From NCBI GenBank assembly GCA_030638825.1, contig DAOWDU010000031.1, forward strand, positions 4,206-68,205: a stretch of DNA of 64,000 nucleotides, in the 5' to 3' direction. The notes under the pieces were generated by a model. The model did not search any database. It saw only the letters and a program-made list of their open reading frames with translations, and had not been told where the DNA came from. This DNA is from a bacterium. GTDB taxonomy: Bacteria; Patescibacteriota; Minisyncoccia; JAHIHE01; JAGLIN01. The translations under genes and the position numbers were made by a program. Shown one piece after another: positions 61,948 through 64,000 of this stretch (positions are counted from its first letter, which is position 1; every line of letters starts with the position of its first letter).

Positions 61948-62955
61948 TCACTTTCCTGAAATAACGCTCCTCTTATACAAATCTAAATCATCCAAAACTT
62001 TACCGGTTCCTTTCGCAACACATAGCAATGGATCGTCCGCGACATAGCACGGAACACCCGTCGCTTGCGACAATAGTTTGTCTAAATTTTTCAAAAGCGC
62101 GCCGCCGCCGCTTAAAACCATTCCGCGATCAATAACATCCGAAGATAATTCTGGCGGTGTATTTTGCAGGACATTTTTTACGGCTTTGATTATTTCCTGA
62201 AGCTCATCTTGAATCGCCTCAGTGATTTCGTTTGCAGTTATCTTTATCGTCTTCGGCAATCCCGAAACCAAATCTCTCCCCCTTACTTCCATAAAATTAT
62301 CTTCATCTGAAATAATCGCGCTGCCAATTTTTATTTTTATTTCTTCCGCGTTTCTATCTCCGATAATTATTCCATGTTTTTTTCTAACAAATTCAGAAAT
62401 CGCTTTATCTAATTTATCTCCGCCAACTCTAACTGAAGAAAAAGACACAATTCCTCCCAAAGAAATAACAGCGACTTCTGAAGTTCCTCCTCCAATATCT
62501 ATAATCATATTGCCAAAAGGCGTATTTATCGGAATTCCAGCCCCAATCGCAGCCAAAATTGGCTCTTTGACAACATAGGCGTTTTTTGCGCCAGCTTGTA
62601 TGGTAGCGTCAATTACTGCCCTTCTTTCTGTTGAGGTAATTCCAGCAGGAACAGAAACTATAACTTCAGGTTTAAAGAATCGGATTTTTCCACTCACTTT
62701 GTTTATAAAATATCTCATCATTGCTTCCGTAACTTTATAATCAGCAATGACACCATCTTTCACGGGACGGCTCGCGGAGATGCTTTCTGGAGTTTTTCCC
62801 AACATTTCTTTTGCTTTATTTCCAACCGCCAAAATTTTATTATCTTCAATAGATACCGCAATAACAGATGGTTCATTTATGACAACACCTTTTTGGGGCA
62901 AAAAAACCAAGATATTAGCAGTTCCAAGATCTATTCCTATTTTTCTTACAAACAT
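61948..62955 (-). CDS. mreB: Rod shape-determining protein MreB
   Basis: An actin-fold ATPase with motifs GIDLGTANILVF and DIGGGTSE. Confidence 0.9.
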   Translation of the reverse strand: MFVRKIGIDLGTANILVFLPQKGVVINEPSVIAVSIEDNKILAVGNKAKEMLGKTPESISASRPVKDGVIADYKVTEAMMRYFINKVSGKIRFFKPEVIVSVPAGITSTERRAVIDATIQAGAKNAYVVKEPILAAIGAGIPINTPFGNMIIDIGGGTSEVAVISLGGIVSFSSVRVGGDKLDKAISEFVRKKHGIIIGDRNAEEIKIKIGSAIISDEDNFMEVRGRDLVSGLPKTIKITANEITEAIQDELQEIIKAVKNVLQNTPPELSSDVIDRGMVLSGGGALLKNLDKLLSQATGVPCYVADDPLLCVAKGTGKVLDDLDLYKRSVISGK

Positions 62956-63026
62956 AAATTTTGATTAATAACTTACTTTATTCTATCTTATTTGCATTAA
63001 TTGTCAATTTAAATTATGATGATTAT

Positions 63027-64000
63027 ATGATAAATAAAAAATTCAAAATCTATTTATATCTTTGCATAGCAATATTTTTTATTCTGCTCGTCGTTGTTTT
63101 ATTTTATAGTTTTGGCTATAGATATGATATAAAAGAAAGAGAGACAATCCAAACAGGAGCGATTGTAATAAAATCTACTCCAGAAGATGCTGATATTTAT
63201 CTTGACGATAATCTTTTTGAGAATAATAATACTTTAAATAATTTACTTACTGGTTATATTAAAATTGAAAATCTAAACAGCGGCGAATATAATATTAAAA
63301 TAAAAAAAGATGGACATTTTAACTGGGAAAAAAATATAACTGTCAACGGCGGATATATAACTGAACTTAAAAATATTGTTCTTTTAAAAAATGCCTACAA
63401 GAAAAATATTTTGCTGGATAATTTAATAACGGATTTAGATAAAAAAACTATTTGGGTTAGCAATGGGAAAAATAAAATTATTTATAAAGATGAAAATAAT
63501 CTAAATTTATTTGATATTAATTCAAAATCAAAAGATGACGAAATAAAAATAATCGCAAATTTTGACAATGCAATAAACGAGATTATCTGGTCAAATGATG
63601 ATCTAAAAATAATCGCGAAGATAAGCGAAAATAATGAGTTTAGCTGGTATCTAATTGACCTTGAAAATAAAAATAAAATATCTGAGATTAGTTTTATTTT
63701 TAATGAGATTTCAGAAGTTAAGAATAAATACAACTTTGATTTTAATAAATCTTTGTTTTATTTAAAAAACAACACGCTCTACGAATTTGATTACAAGAAA
63801 TTAGTTTCGAAAAGAGTGCTTCAGAATATGTCTAGCTTTTTAGTTCACGGGGATTATTTGTATTATTTTAAAAAAGATGATTCTATTTTATATGTTAGCG
63901 ATTTAGATAATTTATCAAAAGCAAAAACTGTTTCAACAATGCCAGACGATTTTGACACGCAGTCGCCAGCGAGAATAATAAAATCAAGTGACAACGCTTT
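63027..64000 (+). CDS. PEGA-domain membrane-anchored protein; 5' portion only, the ORF runs off the window
   Basis: An N-terminal TM is followed by a PEGA-like motif, STPEDADIYLDD. Confidence 0.45.
   Translation, partial: MINKKFKIYLYLCIAIFFILLVVVLFYSFGYRYDIKERETIQTGAIVIKSTPEDADIYLDDNLFENNNTLNNLLTGYIKIENLNSGEYNIKIKKDGHFNWEKNITVNGGYITELKNIVLLKNAYKKNILLDNLITDLDKKTIWVSNGKNKIIYKDENNLNLFDINSKSKDDEIKIIANFDNAINEIIWSNDDLKIIAKISENNEFSWYLIDLENKNKISEISFIFNEISEVKNKYNFDFNKSLFYLKNNTLYEFDYKKLVSKRVLQNMSSFLVHGDYLYYFKKDDSILYVSDLDNLSKAKTVSTMPDDFDTQSPARIIKSSDNA

Overview
This is an AT-rich bacterial window whose gene content and organisation resemble a Candidate Phyla Radiation (Patescibacteria-like) genome; that assignment is inference. 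Four blocks make up the window. (1) 25.7 kb to 1.2 kb, minus strand: a nearly complete str/S10/spc ribosomal supercluster running fusA-dut-tuf-rpsJ-rplC-rplD-rplW-rplB-rpsS-rplV-rpsC-rplP-rpmC-rpsQ-rplN-rplX-rplE-rpsZ-rpsH-rplF-rplR-rpsE-rplO-secY-(2-hydroxyacid DH)-gmk-adk-map-ruvX-galT. It has no rpmD (L30) between S5 and L15, and several non-ribosomal membrane or secreted ORFs are inserted into it. (2) alaS on the minus strand, then a plus-strand F1Fo ATP synthase operon, atpB-E-F-H-A-G-D-C. Three small foreign ORFs interrupt it, and two of them sit in cassettes with duplicated flanks. (3) 37.6-48 kb: prmC-like methyltransferase, a histone-H1-like K/A/P repeat protein, a HEPN/MNT pair, lytic transglycosylase, rplY, Mur ligase, asparagine-synthase-like PP-loop protein, SpoU methylase, Nudix, rmuC. 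(4) 48-64 kb: a cell-surface locus (PKD protein, GldG-like protein with ABC-2 permease and ATPase, large secreted repeat proteins, NlpC/P60 peptidase), two GT4 glycosyltransferases, mreB, and a partial PEGA-domain protein. The most unusual property is a dense population of dispersed palindromic/TIR repeat families (at least 8 families and more than 30 copies). Four copies sit in-frame inside protein-coding genes (two GT4 genes and prmC), reminiscent of Rickettsia palindromic elements. I saw no rRNA, tRNA or CRISPR array. The standard genetic code appears to be used.
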